NCBI GenBank assembly: GCA_951406725.2
Contig: OX597823.1
Coordinates: forward strand, 26,184,001-26,246,000
DNA: 62,000 nucleotides
Origin: Octopus vulgaris
Lineage: Eukaryota
Direction: 5' to 3'
A program made the position numbers and the translations under genes. Every line of letters starts with the position of its first letter. Positions within the stretch are counted from its first letter, which is position 1. Below, piece after piece: positions 24,043-35,901 of this stretch. A model generated the notes under the pieces. It worked only from the letters and a program-made list of their open reading frames with translations, was not told the origin of the DNA and did no database searches.

Positions 24043-26624
24043 AACTTGAGGGTCCATGGGCACTGGTTCTCTTGTTTTGATTAACCAGTACACAATATGT
24101 ATCCATGATTAAGTATTTTTTAAAATGTTTTTTTATTTTAAGCTGAAGGTGGTCAGAACAAATCAACGTGATTGTCTTTCATAGACTAAAACAAGGTCTT
24201 CAGTTCAATAAAACAGCATTTTTAATGTCCATATATAAAGTTAGTGGTGCTAACTGCCTGAAGTCTACCATAATCAAGTAATGAATTAAATCCAGATTTG
24301 AGACCTTGATTTCTTTACATAAGACAAATCAGTTTGGTAGTTGGTCTACTATTGTCATTAGATATTATTCTTTAACTTGTTTCAGTCATTTGACTGCTGC
24401 CATGCTAGAGCACTGCCTTTAGTTGAACAAATCAACCCCAGGACTTACTCTTTGTAAGCCTAGTACTTATTCTATCAGTCTCTTTTTGCTGAACCACTTA
24501 AACACACCAACAGCAGTTGTCAAGTGATGGTGGTGGGACAAACATGGACACACAAATACATACATATATAAGACTTTGATCAGCCCTAGGTTGTGGCAGC
24601 AGACACATGCCCAAAGTGCCACATAGTGGGATTGAACCTGGAACCATGTGGTTGGGAAGCAAGCTACTTACCATACAGCCACGTCTGTATCTATATACTC
24701 TTTTACTTGTTTCAGTCCTTTGACTGCGGCCATGCTGGAGCACCGCCTTTAAATATATGTTGATATATTTATCATATTTATCATACAGGATCGATGAAAC
24801 TAAATCTATGTGACTTTGTAACTTTATAGTGTCAACAAGGTTAAGTATGGTTGCTTTGAATAAATATAAGTTAATATGGGGACCAGATTTTGGCCTGTTT
24901 AAATTTTAAAAGGTTAAATGTTTGGAAAGCTCTCCTATTTAGAAAGCAAATTATGAAGAAAACTAGTGTGTGACAAATGATAAATTAACTTTATCTGATT
25001 ATATTGATGGTAAAGTATTTTCAAAGATCCTAGTTTCTCAGGTCCTTGATTATAGAATACAGGTGGAGGCACTGGTTCTGGGGACATTTCTACAAGGTTT
25101 TGATGCCATATTTGGCAAGTAATATTTTAGTAATATTTAACTTGCATGCACATCATCATAGACATTGTTTTCAAGTTTTATTTTTCCATTTTCGTATGAG
25201 TTTGATGTGTCTGCAAAGCAGTGTGTTGCTACTACTCTTCATCTTGTTCCGTTTCCTGTGTGAGGTTCAACACCATTTCCTTTCTCATGCCTTCTCAATT
25301 TTATCTTCAATACAGTTGCCTTCTGTTGTCATCATCATATTTTCTCTCTGTAAACTTTGTTTTAGTTTGACAATATTGTGACAGCAACATGGGGTTACTA
25401 TTCATAACAGAATCTTTCATACGATGTGCACATATACAATGCATACCTATGACTAAGAGTACATGTCACTTGCTTTTCTGGGCTTTACTCAAAGCTTTCC
25501 AATTGTTGGTCTCCTGTTTCTCTTACAAGTGTCATTTTAACTCAATAAAGCACATTATTTTATATATTATTCACATATTTGGTGTGTGTCTATCTAACTA
25601 TATCCATCCATCCATCTATATATCATCATCATCATCATTTAACGTCCACTTTCCATGCTAGCATGGGTTGGACGATTTGACTGAGGACTGGCGAACCAGA
25701 TGGCTGCACCAGGCTCCAATCTTGATCTGGCAGAGTTTCTACAGCTGGATGCCCTTCCTAATGCCATATATATATATATATATATATATAAGGGAAAAAG
25801 AAAATGGGAATTCATGAGATTCTTTATTCAGAAACACTATGATCGTTTCAACCCATCATGTACAGGTACCTTGCAGGTGAGCCGCTGTACAAACAGCTGT
25901 CATGCATTGTAGGTGCTGATGCATTTCCTCAGGTGATTTTTCAAAAAGTACCACATTTTTTTTTATTTGCTGTTTTGCTCATCCCTATAACAATACATTT
26001 TGGTAATCATAGTTTACAATACGTCAAGTGAAAAGAGTTTTGTGAATTCCATTTTCTTTCTCTCATTTTTTACAAACTCTACAGACATGAAGGAATTCCT
26101 GAAGTAAATCCAGTGGTGTATACCTCCATACATCAGGGAACTGAATACTGTGAAGGGGCTTTAAACAGCATGCTATACGGTGTATATCTGAATATAAAAT
26201 TATATATTCGCATGTATGCATGCATATATATATGAGAGAGCGATTGATATATTTGCAAAAACAACTTCTACTGACAATTAGTCAAGAGCAAGCTTAGTTT
26301 GTGACATGGTTACCAAGCTAAATGGTGTACCACTGATCACAACTATAGTTTCTTGGTGCAGCAGCCACACTGGTATGTCAGACATCTTGTCTTGTTGGAA
26401 TTTCAAACTGTCTGTGTTGGTAATTGATAGACAGCTTAAGGTCAGATTACTTACATTGCAATAAAGATGTGGCTTTGTTTGACTAATGGAAAAGCTATTT
26501 TATTTAGTTTGAAGTTTTAGCTATTCTCTTTTTTTCTTCATTCACTTTAAAGATCTTTCAACCTCTGTCAGTACTAAAGTAACAAATATTAACATCATTA
26601 TTATTATTATTATTATTATTATAG

Positions 26625-27040
26625 TTGTGGAATGGCAGAATTATTAGTGTCAGAGAAATGCAATGTGGTATTTGTTCAGGCTCTTTATATTTCCCTTCAA
26701 ATCCCTGCTGGGGTCAACTTTGCCTTTCATCTTTTCGGGGTTGATAAAATAAAATACCAGTTAAGTGCTGATGTTGATATAATTGTCTCTCCTCTCCTCT
26801 CCAGATTTCAAGCCTTACACCTATGTTAGACACAATTGTTATTATTATTAAGCCATGATAATTTGGTAGAATTTTTTGAGCATTGGAAAAAAATACCTTG
26901 ACATATGTCCTGGCTGTTTAGTTCTAAGATCAACTTTGCTTTTCATTTCTTCAGGTTCAGTAACATGAAGGAACCAGTCAAGTATTGGGGTCGGGTTAAT
27001 TGACTGACTCTCCGTTCTAAATTTCTGGCTTTGTGATAAT
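26625..27040. mobile_element. Two SINEs of a second family in opposite orientation
   Basis: Central domain gtcaactttgcctttcatcttttcggggttgataaaataaaataccag, which resembles a conserved MetaSINE-type domain from memory (unverified). Also at about 46000-46130, 48780-48840, 49480-49545 and 60900-61040. Confidence 0.55.
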
Positions 27041-27270
27041 GTAAGAGCCTGAGGAACTGGCACAAAGTAGATGTAGGCGTTTTTAAATCAAGGCTGGACC
27101 TCTTCCAGTTGAGTCCCAGATGAACCTACCTCACAGCAAGAAGTGCAAATGAGGGTAGCTACATCAGACTCCATTCTTCACCAAGTGCCACATATTGGCG
27201 GAGGATCTCAGTAATAACAGTGTAGCAAAACAGCGGTGCATCAGCATGTCTGCAGCTCTGAGCTGAAACT
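27040..27270 (+). mobile_element. CR1/L2-group LINE 3' end fragment
   Basis: Homologous to 1700-1935 (ctggacctcttcc...gatgaacc...gagctgaaacta). Confidence 0.8.
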
Positions 27271-27532
27271 ACAGAGAAAAAACAAGAAATATATATATAT
27301 ATATAAATACACACACACACATACACTCACACATATATATGCATATACATATAAATATACATATATATAAATGTATATACATGTAAATATACGTATACAT
27401 ATACATATGTATATACAGATACATGTATATGTATATACATATAAATATACATCTATATGTATGCATATGCATATATATGTATATAAGTATATACATATAA
27501 ATAAGTATATAAATACATATATATATACATAA

Positions 27533-27568
<36 letters not shown>

Positions 27569-27569
27569 C

Positions 27570-28300
27570 ATCATCATCATCATCGTCGTTTAACGTCCGT
27601 TCTCCATGCTAGCATGGGTTGGACGGTTCGACCGGGGATCTGGGAAGCCAGAAGGCTGCACCAGGCTCCAGTCTTATCTGGCAGTGTTTCTACAGCTGGA
27701 TGCCCTTCCTAATGCCAACCACTCCGTGAGTGTAGTGGGTGCTTTTTACGTGCCACCTGCACAGGTGCCAGGCGAGGCTGGCAATGGCCACGGTCGGATT
27801 GGTGTATTTTATGTGCCACCGGCACGGAAGCCAGACGAGGCGGTGCTGGCATCGGCTACGAGTCGGATGGTGCTTTTTACGTACCACCAGACCAGGGATC
27901 CTGGCTGGTTCAATTCGATTTCGATTTCGCTTGCCCCAACATGTCTTCGCAAGCAAGGGGGTTGGCATGGGTGCCTGTTGTATGGTCAGATTGGTGTATT
28001 TTACGTGCCACCGGCACGGAAGCCAGTGGAGGCGGCACTGGCATCAGCCACGAGTCGGATAGTGCTTTTTACGTACCACCAGACCAGGGAACCTGGCTGG
28101 TTCGATTCGATTTCGCTTGCCCCAACATGTCTTCGCAAGCAAGGGGGTTGGCATGGGTGCCTGTCGTACAGTCAGATTTGTGTATTTTACGTGCCACCGG
28201 CACAGAAGCCAGTGGAGGCGGCGCTGGCATCGGCCACGAGTCGGATAGTGCTTTTTACGTACCACCAGACCAGGGATCCTGGCTGGTTCAATTCGATTTT
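27570..28300 (-). mobile_element. Young RTE 3' UTR copy with an internal about 190-bp tandem triplication
   Basis: RTE tail at 27570-27790. Units start at 27797, 27989 and 28175 (periods 192 and 186). Confidence 0.85.
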
Positions 28301-28344
28301 GACTTATATATATATATATATATGTATATATGTAAATATGTATT

Positions 28345-28377
<33 letters not shown>

Positions 28378-28379
28378 AA

Positions 28380-28640
28380 GGGTAAAGACCCCCTTCGGTC
28401 ATGAATGACCATGGGATTGCACCTAGAAAGTTACCCTCCTAGACACAAGTCCGGGCAAGGTTGTTTATAGAAGACCAGCAGTCGCCCATGCATACCAGCC
28501 TCCCCTCTCCACGCCACCAGTGTTACCCAAGGGAAAGACAAAGGTCGATACAGCTTGGCACCAGTGACGTCGCAACTCATATCTACAGCTGAGTGAACTG
28601 GAGCAACGTGAAATAAAGTGCCTTGCTCAAGAACACATAT
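28380..28640 (-). mobile_element. Third SINE family (CORE-like domain)
   Basis: Minus strand gtgttcttgagcaaggcactttatttcacgttgctccag. Matching 3' part at 52165-52310 and a head at 58655-58800. Confidence 0.6.
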
Positions 28641-28669
28641 GTATGTATATTCATATATATACATACATA

Positions 28670-28710
<41 letters not shown>

Positions 28711-28991
28711 ATACTAGCAGTATCGCCCGGCGTTGCTCGGGTTGTAAGGGAAATAACTATATAAGCATTTTTAGAGAGTTATAGCCAAAAAGTAGCAAAA
28801 AAATGCATTAAAAATTGAAAAAAAATTAAGGTAAATTTTTCTTTAAATCGTTCACACATCGTAGATATTTTTAGAGAGTTACTTCCCTTATATAAAAGCG
28901 AAAAAAATGCATTAAAATGGAAAAAATGATGGTAATTTTTTTTTAAATCGTAGACTCATCGTAGACGCGCGCTAATACCCAGAAGGGCTCG

Positions 28992-29470
28992 TTTGTTATT
29001 CTGGGTAACTTTCTGTAAAATTAACAAAAATTTTGTTCAAACAACGCTATAGAAAATGGGTTATTAGCTAATATTCAATTGGGTATACAACAAAATTTTA
29101 CGATAGAATTTGTTATACTGGGTAAAATTATTAAAATTTTGTTCAAACATCGCTATAGAAAATGGGTTATTAGCTAATATTCAATTGGGTATACAACAAT
29201 ATTTTACGATAGAATTTGTTATTCTGGGTAACTTTCTGTAAAATTATTAAAATTTTGTTCAAACATCGCTATAGAAAATGGGTTATTAGCTAATATTCAA
29301 TTGGGTATACAACAAAATTTTACGATAGAATTTGTTATTCTGGGTAACTTTCTGTAAAATTATTAAAATTTTGTTCAAACATCGCTATAGAAAATGGGTT
29401 ATTAGCTAATATTCAATTGGGTATACAACAAAATTTTACAATAGAATTTGTTATTCTGGGTAACTTTCTG
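28992..29470. repeat. 116-bp tandem repeat, about 4 copies, inside the Helitron
   Basis: cgctatagaaaatggg at 29045, 29151, 29267 and 29383 (spacings 106, 116, 116). Confidence 0.95.
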
Positions 29471-29552
29471 ATACCCATAATAATATTTATGGCAAAATAG
29501 GCCTTAATTTCATTTAAGGTTGTGAGAAATAACAAACTATCCTTTCTTTCGG

Positions 29553-29756
29553 TTTGTTTACGTTTAGCGTAATGATTTCAAATAGGCTCATTCGAAAAAG
29601 TAAATAGAAATAGTCTAAGGCTTTACTCTTCTGGGAAAGTCTGTGGCTTGGTCCAGTTTCTTCAGAAAACTCACTGAAAGAAACAGTTTTTAAATTTTCA
29701 CTCCATTCAGGTACCAATTCGTTTTCTTTATCGCTGTCGGATTCACTGTTTTCACT
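29553..29756 (-). pseudogene. piggyBac (PGBD4-like) transposase N-terminal fragment carried inside the Helitron
   Basis: SENSESDSDKENELVPEWSENLKTVSFSEFSEETGPSHRLSQKSKALDYFYLLFRMSLFEIITLNVNK: an acidic tract followed by the W..F..GP..LDYF.LLF...LFE.I...N pattern of piggyBac transposases. Confidence 0.7.
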
Positions 29757-30718
29757 TTAATAGCTGCAAACTTGCAAAGACAAAGGAGGAGAAGGGTGAT
29801 AGCGTCAGTGAAACAATTCGCTCCCTTTGTGTGTGTGTGCGTTTGCGTGTGGTGTAAACCAGACTAAGAAAAGCATTTGACACACACACCAGAACGTGAG
29901 TTTTCTGTAAATTTTGCTTAATTGGAGTTTAAATTTTAAAAACTGGAGCTGGCATGACGCGATGCATTGTACTCTTAAAAATGCCAGGTAAATTGTAATT
30001 GAAGAAATCCTATATTGTAGATTTGTATAACTCCCAAAGGGAGGCAGATAAAATCTGCCTTTTATAATAAGAGATATATACACACACACATATATATTTA
30101 TATATACATACTTAAATGTACATACCTACAAATATATGTATATATGCATGCATATATGGGTACAGGACATCAAAACGTTGGAGACAATGAGAAATGAGAC
30201 ATGCAACATAAAGAATATTCCCCTTCAGAAGTTGTCCCTGTTTCATCTACTCCACGTTTCAAAGGCAAGGACAATGCACGACTTCGTTGAAACAGTCCTT
30301 CCTGCAAAGCAAATTAAATAAAATTTGGGATTTTTTGCTGAGGGTGAAAGTGGTAACAAGAACAGGACAGTGAGAACAAGACAGCAAAAACAAATGGTGA
30401 GAGCTGTGAAGCCAAGATGATAGGAAAATTATTATGAATACTAGGAAGGTGAGCTTATGAGAGGGAGACAGGTATAGGCACGTGTTGTCTTAAGGAAGGA
30501 AATGAGCAGAAAGATAGATTCCCTTTCGTCGCGTTTCGGTGACGAGAGAATCAAGGAGAAGAGTGAGAGAGAGGGAGTGGTGAAGAGAAGAGAAGAATAG
30601 GGAAGGGTGGGAGAGAAAACCAGAAAGAATGAAGGACGAGGAGAGAGATAGAAGAGCGCGCATCGTAATTATTAAGGTAAAACTTTCTTGGAAAAAGATG
30701 CATGGCGTTCAGTCATAA

Positions 30719-31584
30719 TCTGTATATATAAAAGGCAGGATGTGTGTGTGTACGTGGATGTAGTTTATGCACATCCACAAATTAGCATGCATGTCGCTCA
30801 AATTTTAGGAGGACATTCATCACGATCCTAGCTGTATTTTCGTCAAATTATTTTCCCCCGAGGCACCAAGCGAATAGCAGTAAAAATAATTTTGAACCAT
30901 AACTTCTAACAATTTTCAAGTCGGAGTAATACACCATCATTTGCAAATATGAGTTAAGTCCCCTTCTTTGGACGGTGTAAAGAGATGGAGAGAAAGAGAG
31001 AGAGAGATAACAGATTTTATAAATTTCGCCTTTTTAGTGAGTGATTGACAGGCAAAAACAGACACACAGGGGTTGTTATGTATGTATGTGTGAATGGCTT
31101 CAGTCACATACACACACACACGCACGAACATGTATACGTACAAAACATCTATGCAATGTTCGTGTGTGTGTTGTCCGTATATATATACACACACACATAA
31201 TATAGACGATATTCTCTGTTTCTCCACAACTAATTTCCAAATTAGAGGAATCCGTTGCTTTACTCATATTGACATATAGCTGGTTGTGCATGAACATGGG
31301 AAAGAGCAGAAGTTACCAGAGCAAAAATCCTAAGTGTTGACTGTAAACAATGTTTCGAAACTGTTTGTTTTCAAAAGGAGAGATCTGACTCTCACATCTC
31401 TGCGGGAGAAGGTAGGCTTCTCTATTCCTCTTACAAAACTTACATCTGGGTGTCAAATTTGCTTCAATTGATGGTATTACTCAGGTAGGGTTGGTGGTGG
31501 GACACAAGCAGGGGCAAGGGCGTACAAAAAACATGTATGCAATAGGTGTATGTACGTATATGTTTTTGTGTGTGTGTGTGTTGC

Positions 31585-31620
<36 letters not shown>

Positions 31621-31858
31621 TTAGTTGTGATCTGAACATAACCGCCTCTCACAGCGGATTGGGGGCCCTTTTGGGCGTTCTATTTTCCTTGCTGGAAGGG
31701 TTCCCAACCCATGGGCAAATGGGGGGGGGGGGTTATTTTCAAAAGGGTTGGCATATGTAACCTGATCACCTCTGCCGATCAAATAACCAACCCATGCGTG
31801 ACACTGATTAGCTTATAATCCTAACTTTATCCCGAGCAAAGCCGGGCTACACTGCTAG
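30719..31858 (+). mobile_element. Non-autonomous Helitron, 1140 bp
   Basis: 5' A|TCTGTATATATAAAAGGCAG and 3' cccgagcaaagccggg hairpin then CTAG|T. It splits a host repeat at cataa|taat without a TSD. Confidence 0.85.
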
Positions 31859-31899
31859 TAATATAAATAATATATAAATATGTATAAACATATAAATAC

Positions 31900-31949
<50 letters not shown>

Positions 31950-31955
<6 letters not shown>

Positions 31956-32467
31956 CAAACTGGGACAAGAACGCGAAACATTTTGATTACGATACAAAAA
32001 ACACGGACGGGACATTCGAAGCCTTCAATTTTCAGTCAAGAACTGGATCATCCTCGCAATTTTGGCTGATTAATCTTGAGATTGTTCCAATCTTGTCAGC
32101 CCAAGAGAACAAAGTGTACGTATGCGGCTATATATATATATATATATGTATGTATCAAAATAAAATACAAAATGAGACAAGAATGCAAAACATCTGGACA
32201 ACTAGATGACACAAAAAGGGACAACAAAACATCCAGACAGACGACACAAAAAAACAAGGACGGGTCATTTGAAACCTTTTATCTTCAGTCAAGAACTGGA
32301 TCATCCTCGCAATTTCAGCTGGATGATCTGGTTCTTGACTGAACATAAAAGGCTTCGATTGACCCGTCCTTGTTTTTTTGTGTCGTCTGTCTGGATGTTT
32401 TGTTGTTGCTGTTTGTGTCACCTAGCTGTCCGGATGTTTTGCGTTCTTGTCCCATTTTGTATTTTAT
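31950..32467. repeat. Interspersed repeat in direct and inverted copies, possibly Penelope-like; palindrome at 32161-32467
   Basis: atacaaaatgggacaagaacgcaaaac...cagtcaagaactggatcatcc at 31952, 32161 and inverted at 32321-32467; a further copy at 33998-34115. Confidence 0.7.
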
Positions 32468-32468
32468 A

Positions 32469-33562
32469 TGTTGTGCTGCACACAGGCCTACGATGCCACC
32501 ACGGGTCCTCACACAAACGGCCCACAGTTTGCTGGCCCAAAGAAGCTCGCGTGTGACAACGTTCAGTAAATCAGAAACCCACTCTGGACGGTGAAGCAGC
32601 GAAACATAGCCAGTAGAGCCAACAACAACAAAAATAACACACACAAGCGTTACGTAGTCAAAGTACATTTTTTTTTTAGCAGAACATTCAACAATGGTTA
32701 ACGAATCATTCAACAACTTTGGAAAGTTCTTTTTCCCTTTCCTTAGTTCCCTTTAAAGAAAACACATTTAACATTTAACAACACAAAGTTCTTTTTCTTT
32801 TTTCCTTTTTTAAACTCAAAGTTCGTTTCTCAAAACATTTAACACAGTCCTATCTCTTCTTTCTTTTCTTTTTTTTTTCTTTTCCCTTCTTTTAAAAGCA
32901 GTTAACAACTCAGTTCTTTTTTTCCTTTCTTTTCTTTTAAATAATCACATTTAACAACAAAGTTCTTTTTTTTTTCTTCTTTTCAAACAGTTAACGTCGC
33001 AAAGCATTTCTCAACATTTAACACCACAAAGTTTTTCTTTTCTTTCTTGAAACATTCAACAACACAAAGTTTTCTTTTTTTTTCTTAGAACATTTAACAA
33101 CACAAAGTTTTCTCCTTTTTTTAAAAACATTTAACATCAAAGTTTGTTCCCTTTAAAACATACAAAAACATTTACCGGTTAACATTTTACGGCAGTATCC
33201 CACTACATCACTTGCCTGGTCATTCAGTTGGCCGTCTTTCGCTCCATGTATCTCTCTCTGCCCCCTGTCTGTCTCTGTCAGACCACGTCTGCCCTTTGTC
33301 CCGTCTTTCTCTGACTGCCCGGCAACTCAGTGCTACCCATATATATGAGGCCGTCCAGCCAGAAAGAGAGGCATACCGTACGGAACAGTGCGTATTTCCC
33401 TTCCCAAAACTTTGTCTTCTTTAAACTCTCTGTGACCGTAGAGGGCCAGAGGTCAAGTGTGTACGGCCATAAACAACCGTGCTCCTTGACAGGACAAAGG
33501 AAATACCACTGACCTGAACAACTGGAACACCGTTTTGATCCCAGCTAATGGAAAAAGGGACA
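32469..33562 (-). mobile_element. Probable solo LTR
   Basis: TG...CA ends, CpG-rich, a TATA-like atatatat, and about 9 aacatttaacaacacaaag-like motifs. No matching TSD was found. Confidence 0.4.
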
Positions 33563-33616
33563 TAATGTTTTTTTTGTTCGTCTTCATTTTTTTTTTGCGT
33601 TCGTATCAATACACAA

Positions 33617-33647
<31 letters not shown>

Positions 33648-33669
33648 TATATATATATATATATTCATT

Positions 33670-33975
33670 TCATTTTATCTAGTTTCAGCTCACGAGCTGT
33701 GGCAATGCTGGGGCACTGCCATTCGGTGTTGCTACATGATTTTACTTCACGAATGCTTTTTAGCAATTGACATTTGGTGCATGAGAGAGTTTGATGCAGC
33801 TGCTCTCATCTGCACCTCCTGCCGTGAAGTTGGTTCATCTGGGACACCTGACAGGAAGAGGTCCAACTTTATTTTAAAGACATCTGCATCCACCCCATGC
33901 AGGTCTCTCAGGTCCTTCGGGAGGATATTGAAGAGCTGTGGACCTCTGAAGCCCAGGCTATCACAGTATCTTGTC
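33670..33975 (-). mobile_element. CR1/L2-group LINE 3' end, near-identical to 1630-1940
   Basis: Encodes RYCDSLGFRGPQLFNILPKDLRDLHGVDADVFKIKLDLFLSGVPDEP and has the same tail hairpin. Confidence 0.9.
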
Positions 33976-34649
33976 CTATATATATATATATATATATACA
34001 GCCGAAATTGCGAGGATGATCTGGTTCTTGACTGAAGATTGAAGGCTTCAAATGTCCCATCCTTGTTTTTTGTATCGTCTCTTCTAAATGTTTTGCGTTC
34101 TTGTCCCAGTTTGTATTTTTTTACACATATCATCATCATCATCATCGTTTAACGTCCGTTTTCCGCGCTAGCACGGGTTGGACGGTTCGACCGGGGTCTG
34201 GGAAGCCAGGGGCCGCTCCAGGCTCCAGTCTGATCTGGTAGAGTTTCTACGGCTGGATGCCCTTCCTAACGCCAACCACTCCGTGAGTGGAGTGGGTGCT
34301 TTTTACGTGCCACCTGCACAGGGGCCGGGGGGTCCAGCATCAGTCACGATCGGTTCGAGCTTTTAACGTGCCAGCGGCACGGGGGCAATGGGATCCGGGG
34401 TACTTTGAATGGGTAGGGGCTATGTGGAATTGCTGCAGAAAGCAGCCCGGGTCTTTGCAGTCACAGCATATCTCCAGAGATCTCGGTCCTTCGCCATTGC
34501 CTCAGTGAGGCCCAATGCTCTGAGGTCATATATATATATATATATATTTATGTACACACACATATATATATATACACATATATATATATGTACATATATA
34601 TATATATCTACATACAAATATATGTACACATATGGGCATATACACAAAC

Positions 34650-35500
34650 ACACACACACAGACATTTTGATAGGTTTCGGCCAGTGTTGGCCCAGGCCAT
34701 GTCTAATTTGAGCAAAGTCATTCGGATCAGGATTCAGACAACCTGGCTCACTCAAGTAGAGTTATTGTTTACAGAGACATATCCGTGTGTAGGAGGCCTA
34801 TCCAGGATGTTTTGAAGGAATTTGTTCAAAGACTTCTTGAACTTTATGGTGTCTTTTTCTCCTTTAATGTGTATTGGTGTAATGTTAAACAAAGTGGGGC
34901 AAATTGAGGTGAAATAATTGTGCTGTATTGTTCTTATGAGATGCGAGTGTGATTTATGTTGTGGGCAGGTAGCATGGGGCCCAATTCTTGGGTGATGCCA
35001 ACATCATTTGGGCAAAGCTGACAGAATATATTCAACATCAATCAGATGATGTAGTGCTCATGGTGATGTTGACGCGAATAAAGCTTGAGCTTTTCTAGTC
35101 AACCCCAAAAGTCAAGCCCTGTCATGTCATGTATTTTTTTTAATTGACCTTTGAGATGCTTCAACTTTCATGATACTTTGTTTCATGTAGGGATACCAGT
35201 ATGGACAACAGTATTCAAGGTGGGGTCGGGCAAAAGTGGAGAAGAGAAGGATAATGGTGTGGATATTTCTTGATTGGAAAGTTCTGAGAATCTAGTAACA
35301 CATTCTGTGGGCCATGTCAACTTTGCTGTTTATATGAATGGCCCAGCTTACGTTGTTGTCCACAATTACTCCCAAGTCCCCGATGTAGTTGGATGCCATG
35401 AGAGTTTTACCTGAAAGAAGGGAGTATGGGAGTTTTAGGGTATCTTCTTTTTGAAGTAGCTTAACTCAAAGTTGTCCTCGTTCAGCAACATATTGTTCTT
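34650..35500 (-). mobile_element. Second CR1/L2-group LINE relic
   Basis: Minus frame DLGVIVDNNVSWAIHINSKVDMAHRMCY*ILRTFQSRNIHTIILLFSTFARPHLEYCCPYWYPY. Confidence 0.8.
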
Positions 35501-35822
35501 TTCTGCTCATTGGATGACAGCCAATAGATCTCTCTCACTCACACACACACACACATACAGAGTCATTTTTGTTAATTTTCTTCCTCTTTGTGTAAAATCA
35601 TTTATTAAAAGCAGAAATAATAAAATGTTTACTTTATTTGAAAATTTACTGTGACCACTAGCATTTCCCCCTAAAATGTTATGGTTCTCATCATCTAGTT
35701 GATACTTGCTTGTTTAATACATGGCAGTTAAATTTATTATATATTATTTTTAGGAACTAGTTCTTTGAACTATGTTTGTAGAGCAAACAATATTTCTGAT
35801 AACATAAATGTGTTTTACACGT

Positions 35823-35901
<79 letters not shown>

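Larger units (their letters stand above)
28714..30074 (-). mobile_element. Non-autonomous Helitron, 1361 bp
   Basis: On the minus strand, 5' A|TCTCTTATTATAAAAGGCAG and 3' cccgagcaacgccggg hairpin then CTAG|T. No TSD. Confidence 0.85.

Noticed and set aside
25840-26200. Possible coding exons on either strand
   Set aside because: There are several splice-like sites, but no consistent frame or recognisable protein.
27606-28385. 259-aa ORF, the longest in the window
   Set aside because: It is the antisense read-through of a GC-rich RTE 3' UTR with a tandem triplication.
31960-32110. Hammerhead core in the second Penelope-like repeat family
   Set aside because: CTGA and GAAA-like pieces are present but could not be arranged into a valid core by eye.
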